Shown: piece by piece, positions 17,180 to 25,614 of the stretch
Layout: each line of letters opens with the position of its first letter
Position numbering within the stretch: the first letter of the stretch is position 1
Assembly (NCBI GenBank): GCA_964003245.1
Contig: CAXFIU010000003.1
Location: 1 to 56,636 of the forward strand
Source: an uncultured Candidatus Poseidoniales archaeon
GTDB lineage: Archaea; Thermoplasmatota; Poseidoniia; Poseidoniales; Thalassarchaeaceae
Direction of reading: 5' to 3'
Length of the DNA stretch: 56,636 nt
Translations under genes and position numbers: made by a program
The notes under the pieces: model-generated
Databases searched by the model: none
Seen by the model: the letters and a program-made list of their open reading frames with translations, nothing else
What the model was told of the DNA's origin: nothing

Positions 17180-18964
17180 TTATAATCTGTGTTGAGCGCG
17201 AGCCAACCTACTAGGCCCATTTGGCCATTCCCAACCAGCAGCTTCTGCTCGAGCAGAACCTATTAATTCGTCATTTTGGTAAACTAAAACCTCATCTCCT
17301 ATTCTAATGCTTCCTTGAAAATCAATTACATTTGAGGCAAATAAATCGCCTCTCCAATCAATCCCTGGTGTAATATGAGCAATTGGAAACTTTTTACTAT
17401 CGGCTAAAAGTGGGAGGCAGGCTTTGGTAAAAGAAAAACGACCTAGCCGAGGATTCCATAATGCTAGTTGCTTACCCTCTTTGCGAATTGTAAAAATTGG
17501 GGGTCTGCCTTGTATCCCAGTACCATCTAACCAATCATCAGTACCATGCTGAAATTTTGATAATGATCTGAGTTTACCCAATCTATGTTTACTTTCCTTA
17601 GGGTCTTCTAAATCAAAATCTTTTACAGATTTTTCAACCATTTGTTGGAGATATTCAAGCGCTTCGGATGATCCCGCAGTCATTCCTCTTCTAGTATCAA
17701 TAATTTCTACAGAATCATGTTCTAAATCTATTCCACTATGATTTAAAACTCTTGAAAAATTATTTCTAGAAATATATTCAAAAGTCATCTCACGGATTGT
17801 TTTAAGTTCATCAATATCCCAATCACCAGTTACTGGAATATCGTAGTTAGCAGCCGGCCAGATATCTTCAAGTTCTCTTGGGACTAAACCGAGTGGTGCT
17901 GTGACTATAACCTCGTGAACTGTATTAGATGTAATGGATCTACTAAATCTCTTGTGAGATGCGGAAAGTCGGTAAGGTTTGGTTGCTGAACAAGGCAGTA
18001 ACACCATAACTTTAGATTGATGAGAAGGAGGCTCATGATTACGAGATACTCGTCTACGCCAGTCTTGAATTAATGGGTCATTTCTACTTGAAAAACTATG
18101 ACATCTAAGTTCATGAAATTGTCCTTTTATCCTTGCTAATCCCGATTTACCGCCATCTAAAGAAGACATTTTAGAGTCATGAATTCTTAATCTTTCTACA
18201 GATCTAGGGCTAGAGAGAGATTGTTTCTCTACTAATTCACGTAAATTTCCCTCTCTAATAGCAACTCTAGTAGCTGCTAGTGAGTTCTTCCAACATTGAA
18301 TTTGATGTTTCATTGAAGAATCTTCATCTATTGATTCCTCAACTTCTCTAGGTCCATTTTCTGATAAAATAACTCCAAGAGAGCTGGCATGTTTAGATCT
18401 CGCCAAATCAAAGATATCAACTCCCATCCAGGTTAGAATTGCACAATTATCTGGACCTCCAATACCAGGAGTCCAAATTAATGATGAGGGGAAACGTGTT
18501 CTAATGATATACAATGCCTCAGATAGCAATCCTTTTTGATTAGCTAATTGAGGCGCATCAGTTAAAATAATTATTGAGGGAAGTAAATCATCATCATTTA
18601 ATTTCAAATCATGATGCAAGGATTGCCAAGAAACAGGCAATACTTCTTTTCCTATGCCAAACTCCCCAGAATTAGATTCGACCAAACTAGGAGGAAGGAC
18701 TAATCCTTCACTAGCTAGCCAAATATCTAACTGATCGAAAGGTAAAGTAAGATTTGTTCTAGTCTTAATAGAAATTTTAGCAGGTAAATTGCTAGAGTCT
18801 CTAGAATACTCGAAAGGGGCTATAGAATATGGTAATTCTTCATCATCTTCGCCTAAAATAATTGCAGGAGTCCAAGAACTAGGAGAATTACGGTCACCTA
18901 GGCTAAATAAACGTCCAAAACGTTGTCTAGCGACTACACTCCGGGCCAATGGCCTCTCTTCCAT
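17180..18964 (-). CDS. arcS: Archaeosine synthase ArcS (TgtA2-type, C-terminal PUA domain)
   Basis: Contains the ArcS signature PC-X3-KPY-X2-S-X2-H as LPCSATKPYRLSASH. C-terminal PUA-like segment IRIGDEVLVYQNDELIGSARA. The ORF opens at 19045, but that start overlaps the divergent gene, so ATG 18964 (MEERPLARS) is preferred. Confidence 0.85.
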   Translation of the reverse strand: MEERPLARSVVARQRFGRLFSLGDRNSPSSWTPAIILGEDDEELPYSIAPFEYSRDSSNLPAKISIKTRTNLTLPFDQLDIWLASEGLVLPPSLVESNSGEFGIGKEVLPVSWQSLHHDLKLNDDDLLPSIIILTDAPQLANQKGLLSEALYIIRTRFPSSLIWTPGIGGPDNCAILTWMGVDIFDLARSKHASSLGVILSENGPREVEESIDEDSSMKHQIQCWKNSLAATRVAIREGNLRELVEKQSLSSPRSVERLRIHDSKMSSLDGGKSGLARIKGQFHELRCHSFSSRNDPLIQDWRRRVSRNHEPPSHQSKVMVLLPCSATKPYRLSASHKRFSRSITSNTVHEVIVTAPLGLVPRELEDIWPAANYDIPVTGDWDIDELKTIREMTFEYISRNNFSRVLNHSGIDLEHDSVEIIDTRRGMTAGSSEALEYLQQMVEKSVKDFDLEDPKESKHRLGKLRSLSKFQHGTDDWLDGTGIQGRPPIFTIRKEGKQLALWNPRLGRFSFTKACLPLLADSKKFPIAHITPGIDWRGDLFASNVIDFQGSIRIGDEVLVYQNDELIGSARAEAAGWEWPNGPSRLARAQHRL

Positions 18965-19026
18965 ACATACTGCGAACGAAGCATTTCGCTTGAAGGATTC
19001 TAAGAGGAGGCCGTGTCCGAAGAGAC

Positions 19027-21147
19027 GTGAGACGTACCGCTGCACTGTTGATGACAGTATTATTTATGATTTCAGGAATTATGAATGTTAGTGGACAAAA
19101 TGAAGAAGAAACCTTACTTTTAGAAGAAGATATAGTACTAGAAGGTCCCTTCTGGTACAGTGTTTCGTGCTTGAAAATTAGTTGCCCAGGATTAAATCTA
19201 GAGATTAATAATAATGGAGATATATATTACTTGGAAGATAGTCATCAATTAGAATGGGGAGGATTTCTCCATGAAGGAGCAGTTGTAAGTTTATTTTCTA
19301 GTTCTGAGGTGACAATTAATGATATTCAAATTAATATGATTAAATCGAATAATTTGTCTAATATTGAACATAATGATTTAATTGATTCAATTCCATCACC
19401 GGGTAATCAGGAGAATTATCCTACAATAATTACAGAAGATCATTGTTTTCTAGGAAATTGTGATGACTCAATACAAGAACAAAGATATATTGAATTTATA
19501 GGAATTTTAGAAAATCATTCGGACAAAGATTCCATACAAATCTTTGGAGAACCCGGTGATGTGATTGTACTCTCTGATATTATAGGAAATAATGATTTGA
19601 AAATTGAATTATGGCATCGGAATAATAGTATCAAAGAATTGGTGACAAATGATTTAAACGAACCTGAAAATTTATTTGAGTTCCCAGAAGAAAGTGAATT
19701 ATGGATCCGAATTGTTTCATCATCTAGTGAAGGAATACATCCTTATAAATTTGATTTATACCGAAATAATCAATCAAAAGAATCTGGAAATGAAGGGGAA
19801 TTGCAAGTCCCTTGGAATCATGGTGAACCATTATCTTATGCAACTTCATGGGATTATGAATCATACATAGCTAAATCTGATCAAAATGGTGATTCTATTC
19901 TATTTGGGATTGGAGCAGATATGAAGGCGTCAATGCATTGTTCAACAAGTAATGAAGGAGTTACTTTTGAGTCCTATTTAGTAGACTATTTTGGAAATAA
20001 AGAGAATATATCCTCCGATAATGGATTATGTCCAGAAATAATAGAAACAAAAGGAGATACCGCATCATTAGAAATTTGGATAATGTCTACTGAAACCACT
20101 AGGTGGAACATTTCATTCACACCATTAAGGTCTTTAGATGGAATGATATTTTCTGACGCTCCAGAGTCTAAATGGATAGATGCGCCTGATGAAAGATGGA
20201 ATGAACTGCAGTTAGATACTGAGACCTCGGGAAGTCTTCATAGCGGAGATAATATAGATATATTTTTATTGAAGATATCTGATAATAATGGCTCTAGAGT
20301 CTTTCTAAATGAGATAATTAAATCCGAAGTAAACTATACAATACAAGAGATAAATCAGAATAATGGGGCACTCGTAAATACATCTAATGGAGAAGTAATT
20401 GTTTTACCCCATGGCAATCATTCATTAAGAATAGAAAGAAGAGCTGCTGCAGAAGTTGAAATTTATTATACATTCAAATTAGAATATCTTGGAGAATATC
20501 AGGAAGCTCCAATTGACGATTATGAGGATCTCTCTTGGATGTTCAATGATTTCTATATTTTGATTGGAGTTTTGATGTTAAGCCCTCTTATGATTGTTTT
20601 ATTTTGGAATAGAGGTATTATTTTACAGCGTGGAGAAGGTTCAATACAAATGCAATTACATGAAAAGAAGAAATTAATTAGAATTAGAGAAAGAATTTCT
20701 AAACAAATAAATGAAAATGATAACAATGACGACATTATTGATGCTGCTTTGATTCAACTAGGAGAAAGTCCTTGGAGTTCAATAAATGAAATATGGGGGC
20801 AGCCCGAATTAAGGCATATGACTGAACAAATAGAGATCTGTGCTTGGAAGATATCTGAGAAAAAGAAAAATCTTCTAATTGGTTTGAAGACATCGAATTG
20901 GGATTGGGAAGTTGCATCAATTAGACTTAATTATCCAGAAGGAAATAAACTATCAATCATTGATGTTTCTCCAAAATATATCTCAAAAGAAGATGAAATA
21001 TTCTTAGATACATTATCTAAAAACTCACAAATATTCCTAAGAATTATGCTAGACGGAAAATCAGCCAATCTTGCTCTGGAATTATCGGGATTAGTTGGAG
21101 AAATACCATTGGCAGCAACGCCAAATAAAATAATCGAATGGAATTAA
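19027..21147 (+). CDS. Type I membrane protein: signal peptide, beta-sandwich (PPC-like) ectodomain, TM helix, about 180-aa cytoplasmic domain
   Basis: GTG start. Leader MRRTAALLMTVLFMISGIMNVSG. TM is FYILIGVLMLSPLMIVLFW. No catalytic motifs recognised. Confidence 0.65.
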   Translation: MRRTAALLMTVLFMISGIMNVSGQNEEETLLLEEDIVLEGPFWYSVSCLKISCPGLNLEINNNGDIYYLEDSHQLEWGGFLHEGAVVSLFSSSEVTINDIQINMIKSNNLSNIEHNDLIDSIPSPGNQENYPTIITEDHCFLGNCDDSIQEQRYIEFIGILENHSDKDSIQIFGEPGDVIVLSDIIGNNDLKIELWHRNNSIKELVTNDLNEPENLFEFPEESELWIRIVSSSSEGIHPYKFDLYRNNQSKESGNEGELQVPWNHGEPLSYATSWDYESYIAKSDQNGDSILFGIGADMKASMHCSTSNEGVTFESYLVDYFGNKENISSDNGLCPEIIETKGDTASLEIWIMSTETTRWNISFTPLRSLDGMIFSDAPESKWIDAPDERWNELQLDTETSGSLHSGDNIDIFLLKISDNNGSRVFLNEIIKSEVNYTIQEINQNNGALVNTSNGEVIVLPHGNHSLRIERRAAAEVEIYYTFKLEYLGEYQEAPIDDYEDLSWMFNDFYILIGVLMLSPLMIVLFWNRGIILQRGEGSIQMQLHEKKKLIRIRERISKQINENDNNDDIIDAALIQLGESPWSSINEIWGQPELRHMTEQIEICAWKISEKKKNLLIGLKTSNWDWEVASIRLNYPEGNKLSIIDVSPKYISKEDEIFLDTLSKNSQIFLRIMLDGKSANLALELSGLVGEIPLAATPNKIIEWN

Positions 21148-22298
21148 CCATTACGTCTTGATCTTGCTTCTTTACGAATTTTATCTTCTAATTCTTCATT
21201 TGAGTAACTCATTTCATCTTTGATATCAATCAATTTTTTCTTGAATGATCGAGATATCTTTTTGGGAATATCTAATTTAAGAAGTACCATTATCGAGCCA
21301 CGACTATTTCGCGATCTATTACTCGGTAGTCCTCGTCCTTTTACAGAAATTGTTTGACTAGGTTTTGAACCAGGTGGTATCTTAATTTTCAATATTTCAC
21401 CATCTAAATGAGGGATTTCCACAGTAGTACCGAGTACCAAATCAGTGAAAGTTAATGGCAATGCCATTAGCAAATCAGCACCATCTCTTTCAAACCATTC
21501 ATGTTCTTGAACATCTATCTCAATATACAAGTGCCCTGGGTCTCCATTTTCTGATTTAGATGATTCACCATAACCTGACATTCTAAGTCTTTGGCCATTT
21601 TCAACACCTGGAGGTACTGTAAATTGAACTTTTTTTGTTTGATTTGCGCGCCCTTCACCTCTACAACTGGGGCAAGGGTTCTGAATAATTCTACCTTCAC
21701 CTTTACATGATGGGCAGTCGCTTACAACTTGTTGAGTAAATGGGCCTAATCTCTCAACTCTCTGTATACGTCCACGACCATCACAAGCAGGACATTCTCG
21801 AACGTCATCAATGTTTTTTGCTCCAACACCATTACAATCTTTACATGTCTTTAAAACATCAAATTCTAATGACTCTTCACAACCATTCATTAAAGACTCA
21901 AATGGTATTGTATGCCTAACAAGTAAATCAGAACCTCGTTGTCTCTTATTTCTTCTAGGACTCGAAGAACCAAAAATTGAATTGAAAACACTTTCGAAAC
22001 CTCCGCCGAATAAATCTTCGACACTAATATTCACTCCTTGGAACCCCCCTGGGCCAAAAGGTGAGCCTCCTGGGCCGTTATGGCCATAAGTGTCATATTT
22101 TCTCTTCTCAGTTGGATTCGAAAGGATTGCATAAGCTTCCTGAACTTCCTTAAATTTTAATTCAGACTCAGGGTCGTCAGGGTTCTTATCAGGATGATAT
22201 TTTCGAGCTAAACTGCGAAATGATTTCTTGATTTCAGATTGACTAGCATCTCTATTAATGCCGAGAATCTCATAATAATCTCTCTTGACTGACATCAT
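21144..22298 (-). CDS. dnaJ: Molecular chaperone DnaJ (type I Hsp40)
   Basis: J domain DYYEILG...KYHPDKN, G/F-rich linker, and four CxxCxGxG zinc-finger repeats (CKDCNGVG, CPACDGRG, CPSCKGEG, CPSCRGEG). Confidence 0.95.
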   Translation of the reverse strand: MMSVKRDYYEILGINRDASQSEIKKSFRSLARKYHPDKNPDDPESELKFKEVQEAYAILSNPTEKRKYDTYGHNGPGGSPFGPGGFQGVNISVEDLFGGGFESVFNSIFGSSSPRRNKRQRGSDLLVRHTIPFESLMNGCEESLEFDVLKTCKDCNGVGAKNIDDVRECPACDGRGRIQRVERLGPFTQQVVSDCPSCKGEGRIIQNPCPSCRGEGRANQTKKVQFTVPPGVENGQRLRMSGYGESSKSENGDPGHLYIEIDVQEHEWFERDGADLLMALPLTFTDLVLGTTVEIPHLDGEILKIKIPPGSKPSQTISVKGRGLPSNRSRNSRGSIMVLLKLDIPKKISRSFKKKLIDIKDEMSYSNEELEDKIRKEARSRRNG

Positions 22299-22346
22299 CT
22301 CACCTGAATATATTTTTTTATCGCCCCTCTATGAAGTATTCTCTTT

Positions 22347-23099
22347 TCAGGACAAGTACGTCCCACATGATGTACAGTAAGGATTCTGAGAATTATTTAG
22401 AGTTCCGCATTCCTTACATGAAATAACTTTTGGAGTAATTTGAGCTTTAGAAGATACATCCCATTGATTATCATCATTTTGCGTATATCCCTTTACCTTA
22501 GTTTTATTTTTTGTTTCCTTTATTTCTCTCTTTTCCGCCTTCAGTCTTTTTTTCTCCAATCTCTTAAGAGCAGATTTTTCCAACCTCTTTGAAAAGAATG
22601 ATTTGGATGATTCCTTTTCATTATTAATTATTTCTTCGTCGATTATTGTACCAATATTTCGATGATGGGTCACTACTTCAATTTCTTTATCTTCATCTAC
22701 TTCTTTCTCTGATGACTCGGCATTCAAAGAACCGATGGTTCCAGACATCTTAGCTTGAATTAGAGCCCCTTTACGACCTTTGACTTGTTCTGAAGCTTGA
22801 TCTTCAAGTTTTTTGATAGCGACATCAGATTTCTCCCATAATCCCTTATCTTCTTGAGTATATGATTTACGAAGTCTCTTTATTGCCGCAGAGCGATGAT
22901 ATTCATGGTCTTCAATTACTCTATATCTTGAAAACATGATAATCCCGATAATAATTGCAAAAATATGAATCGAAAATTCAATTATTCTGTCGTTGGAGAT
23001 TACTTCATTAATTACTGGCAAACCATATCTTAATGCTACTATACAAAGAGTAGGGGTCAATAACAAAGCGCCGGAGATGGTACTAGAGCGCTCTGTCAT
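22347..23099 (-). CDS. Membrane protein with Lys-rich coiled-coil region and C-terminal zinc ribbon
   Basis: Two N-terminal TM helices, a KRLEKKRLKAEKREIKETKNK stretch, and an end CKECGTLNNSQNPYCTSCGTYL. The ORF opens at TTG 23114; ATG 23099 is preferred. Confidence 0.55.
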   Translation of the reverse strand: MTERSSTISGALLLTPTLCIVALRYGLPVINEVISNDRIIEFSIHIFAIIIGIIMFSRYRVIEDHEYHRSAAIKRLRKSYTQEDKGLWEKSDVAIKKLEDQASEQVKGRKGALIQAKMSGTIGSLNAESSEKEVDEDKEIEVVTHHRNIGTIIDEEIINNEKESSKSFFSKRLEKSALKRLEKKRLKAEKREIKETKNKTKVKGYTQNDDNQWDVSSKAQITPKVISCKECGTLNNSQNPYCTSCGTYLS

Positions 23100-23193
23100 A
23101 ACACTTCTCAGCAACTATTCAATTTCAACCATTCGTGTATTTGGGAGATTATTCAAACAGAGAACTCATGACTGGGCAATACTGCGGACAATC

Positions 23194-23712
23194 ATGGAGC
23201 CTGTTATTACAATCTCTTCAATAGTCCAACCATATGAAGATCTGGAAAAGATTATTCAATCAATAAAAGTATTTTTTCCCGATTGTGAAATTAAAAAAAA
23301 TCTTGAAAAAGAAGAATTTCCAACGGAAAATCTAGAAGAAGAAATCTATGGCAAATCTTGTAGTCTGGAATATCTATTAAATCAGATTAGAATACAAAGA
23401 ATATTAGACACAGCACTAGATGTTATGACTCTAAATTGTGATTCTGATTCGACCTACTTTCACATCTCAAGGCAGGCTGCCGTTGCAGGGAAAGTTTCCT
23501 TTGTTGTAGATGAGAAGACACTCGGTGGAATGATTAAAATCAATATCTCAGGTGAGGATATAGATATATGGCTGGAGCAACAAACTTGGCATGAAGGAAG
23601 GAACGAAATACCTAGATTCTCAGGTGATGAGTTAGCAATGAGGAGCGATGGTGAGCCGGCTGAATGGTTTGATAAGAGAGGAAATCCAACTATTAATATT
23701 GATGAGGACTAG
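23194..23712 (+). CDS. Hypothetical protein, possibly UPF0201/COG1931-like
   Basis: The ORF opens at 22993 but overlaps the opposite-strand gene; the first non-overlapping ATG is 23194 (MEPVITISS). VQPYEDLEKI and HISRQAAVAGKVSF resemble the PTED and KQAA segments of UPF0201 proteins. This is a weak recollection-level match. Confidence 0.45.
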   Translation: MEPVITISSIVQPYEDLEKIIQSIKVFFPDCEIKKNLEKEEFPTENLEEEIYGKSCSLEYLLNQIRIQRILDTALDVMTLNCDSDSTYFHISRQAAVAGKVSFVVDEKTLGGMIKINISGEDIDIWLEQQTWHEGRNEIPRFSGDELAMRSDGEPAEWFDKRGNPTINIDED

Positions 23713-24685
23713 GAATACCTTCAACAAACCATTCTTCAATAATTGGTAAATCAGCAGGTAACCAATTAACTTCAAATAATTCATGTTTATACAGCCATCT
23801 CATTTTATCATGTTCAACTAACTCAATTTGCTCCTCTTTGATTATTCCACAATTCAAAACCATTAATTTTACATATTTATCTTCATAATCAAAAAATTGC
23901 TCTGCAATAATTTTTGATGGCGAAACATTCAATGAAAGTTCTTCTTTTAATTCTCTAGATAAGGCCTGAAAGGGGGTTTCTCCCGATTCTACTTTCCCTC
24001 CAGGAAACTCCCACCATGACGGCCAAGACTTCCCCTTAGGACGCCTGCAAGAAAGAATTCTATCATTTCCATCAAATATTAACGCACCTACTACCTCAAC
24101 ATATAGTTTAGTAATACATCTAATTAAACGCTCAATAATTTCAGTCTGTTCACCGATGTCAATAATATTCTCGGGAGGTAAATGGACAAAAAGTACCTTT
24201 GTTTTATTATTCTGTGTCTTAACTATATTTAGAGTCTTGAAGTAAGTTTCATTACAAACAAAACGGCCAGGATTAATACTCCATTCAACACGAGGATCAT
24301 CTTGAAAAACTTCATTGATTACAATTTCATTTACATTTGTACGATGCCGTGTTATTTGACTCTGAATTATTGCACCGGAAGATACACAACGGCCAGAATT
24401 ATCTGAGTGTGACATATTATACTCGTTATATGCATATTTTTCAAAACGAAGTTTTTTTGATTTAGATGAAAAACCCAAATGAATTATTGTGTCAAAGTTA
24501 TCTCCAAGGTCGATTTTTTTTGCAACTAACTCACTACCCTCTTCATCAACAGATAGTAATTCAGTAAAGATATCTATATCTGAGAAATCTATTTCTCTAA
24601 TAATTGATAATATCTTTTCAGAGACATTATTATCGAAATTTGAGAATTTTGGATAGCCCGTAATTAACACACTTGGACGGCCCAT
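23693..24685 (-). CDS. Fusion protein: pyroglutamyl-peptidase I (C15)-like domain + MutT-type Nudix hydrolase domain
   Basis: N-terminal half: VLITGYPKF, IIHLGFSS...RFEKYAYN (Glu), GRFVCNETY (Cys), LFVHLPPE (His). C-terminal half has the Nudix box WWEFPGGKVESGETPFQALSRELKEELSL. Start taken at ATG 24685 (MGRPSVLITG); the ORF opens at 24748. Confidence 0.75.
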   Translation of the reverse strand: MGRPSVLITGYPKFSNFDNNVSEKILSIIREIDFSDIDIFTELLSVDEEGSELVAKKIDLGDNFDTIIHLGFSSKSKKLRFEKYAYNEYNMSHSDNSGRCVSSGAIIQSQITRHRTNVNEIVINEVFQDDPRVEWSINPGRFVCNETYFKTLNIVKTQNNKTKVLFVHLPPENIIDIGEQTEIIERLIRCITKLYVEVVGALIFDGNDRILSCRRPKGKSWPSWWEFPGGKVESGETPFQALSRELKEELSLNVSPSKIIAEQFFDYEDKYVKLMVLNCGIIKEEQIELVEHDKMRWLYKHELFEVNWLPADLPIIEEWFVEGIPSPHQY

Positions 24686-24769
24686 GGTAATTTGCATAAG
24701 TAGGAGATAGTTGGTGTTTTCCGTACAAATAATCGCTATCTTCATCATTCAGGTATTCTTAGCATAGGC

Positions 24770-25102
24770 ATGGCAGAAGAGCTTATCGTCAATATAGCTG
24801 AAGACGAAGAGCTAGAAAAAGTAAGCAGGTTAGGTGTTATTGGAGTAATTTGGAGTGAGCTTAATGGAGGAATAGGGCCATGGGGTACTTTGAGACCATT
24901 ATTCACAATTATCCTAGCTCTGATTCCATTCCTTTTCTTAGGTCAACATTTTAATCGACAGCATGAAAAGGCAAATGGTTGGTTTTTGATACAATTACCA
25001 TTACTTTTCACAATAATTTTATGGTTTCTACTATATGTATGGTCTATTGGAGACGCGTTTTTTGTTTCGAGTAGAATTGTAGCAAAGGCAGAAAATGGAT
25101 AA
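24770..25102 (+). CDS. Small membrane protein (2-3 TM), hypothetical
   Basis: ATG start, acidic N-terminus, then hydrophobic helices LFTIILALIPFLFLG and LPLLFTIILWFLLYVW. Confidence 0.5.
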   Translation: MAEELIVNIAEDEELEKVSRLGVIGVIWSELNGGIGPWGTLRPLFTIILALIPFLFLGQHFNRQHEKANGWFLIQLPLLFTIILWFLLYVWSIGDAFFVSSRIVAKAENG

Positions 25103-25573
25103 TCAAAAGCCATCATCTAATTCTAATGGACTGAATAAATGACCGGGGCTTGTAGATTTTGCAAGTTGAGTCCGGATAATTGCTTCCCAGTCTCTTAATA
25201 ACATAATAGCATTAACAAAGGGTATCTCTGAGCCATTGATTATAGTTCTAATTATTGTATCAAAAATATCCATCCTATCTTGGTCTATATTTTGCATTAA
25301 TTTATCAAGTGGGAAATCCTCTATCTTGGGTGTTTTTAGATTACCCATTATTGCTCTTGGTTCGGTTATTTCTAAAGGTAAGACTTCATTCTCAATAGTT
25401 GCTTTCTTTTCTAATTCATTTAATAGAATATTGATATATTTGGATATTACCAACGCAGATTCAATAATTGGTAAACTATACTGTTTGACAAAATTAGATA
25501 AATTTTCTTGAAGAAAAAGTAATTTTTCTTCTATAGAATCTGTAGAGGCAGGCATCTCCCCTTGACTATCCAT
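25103..25573 (-). CDS. Hypothetical cytoplasmic helical protein (156 aa), probably co-transcribed with the upstream giant gene
   Basis: ATG 25573 lies 41 nt downstream of the stop of the 1906-aa gene on the same strand. No signal peptide and no recognised motif. Confidence 0.5.
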   Translation of the reverse strand: MDSQGEMPASTDSIEEKLLFLQENLSNFVKQYSLPIIESALVISKYINILLNELEKKATIENEVLPLEITEPRAIMGNLKTPKIEDFPLDKLMQNIDQDRMDIFDTIIRTIINGSEIPFVNAIMLLRDWEAIIRTQLAKSTSPGHLFSPLELDDGF

Positions 25574-25614
25574 AAGTTAACCGAGAAGAGATGAGCAAAT
25601 TAATGCAATGAATA

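Noticed and set aside
18965-19045. N-terminal 27-codon extension of arcS
   Set aside because: It would overlap the start of the divergent 706-aa gene and leave no promoter space. The residues (MQRYVSRLFGHG...) are not part of any ArcS feature I recognise. ATG 18964 is preferred, but this is unverified.
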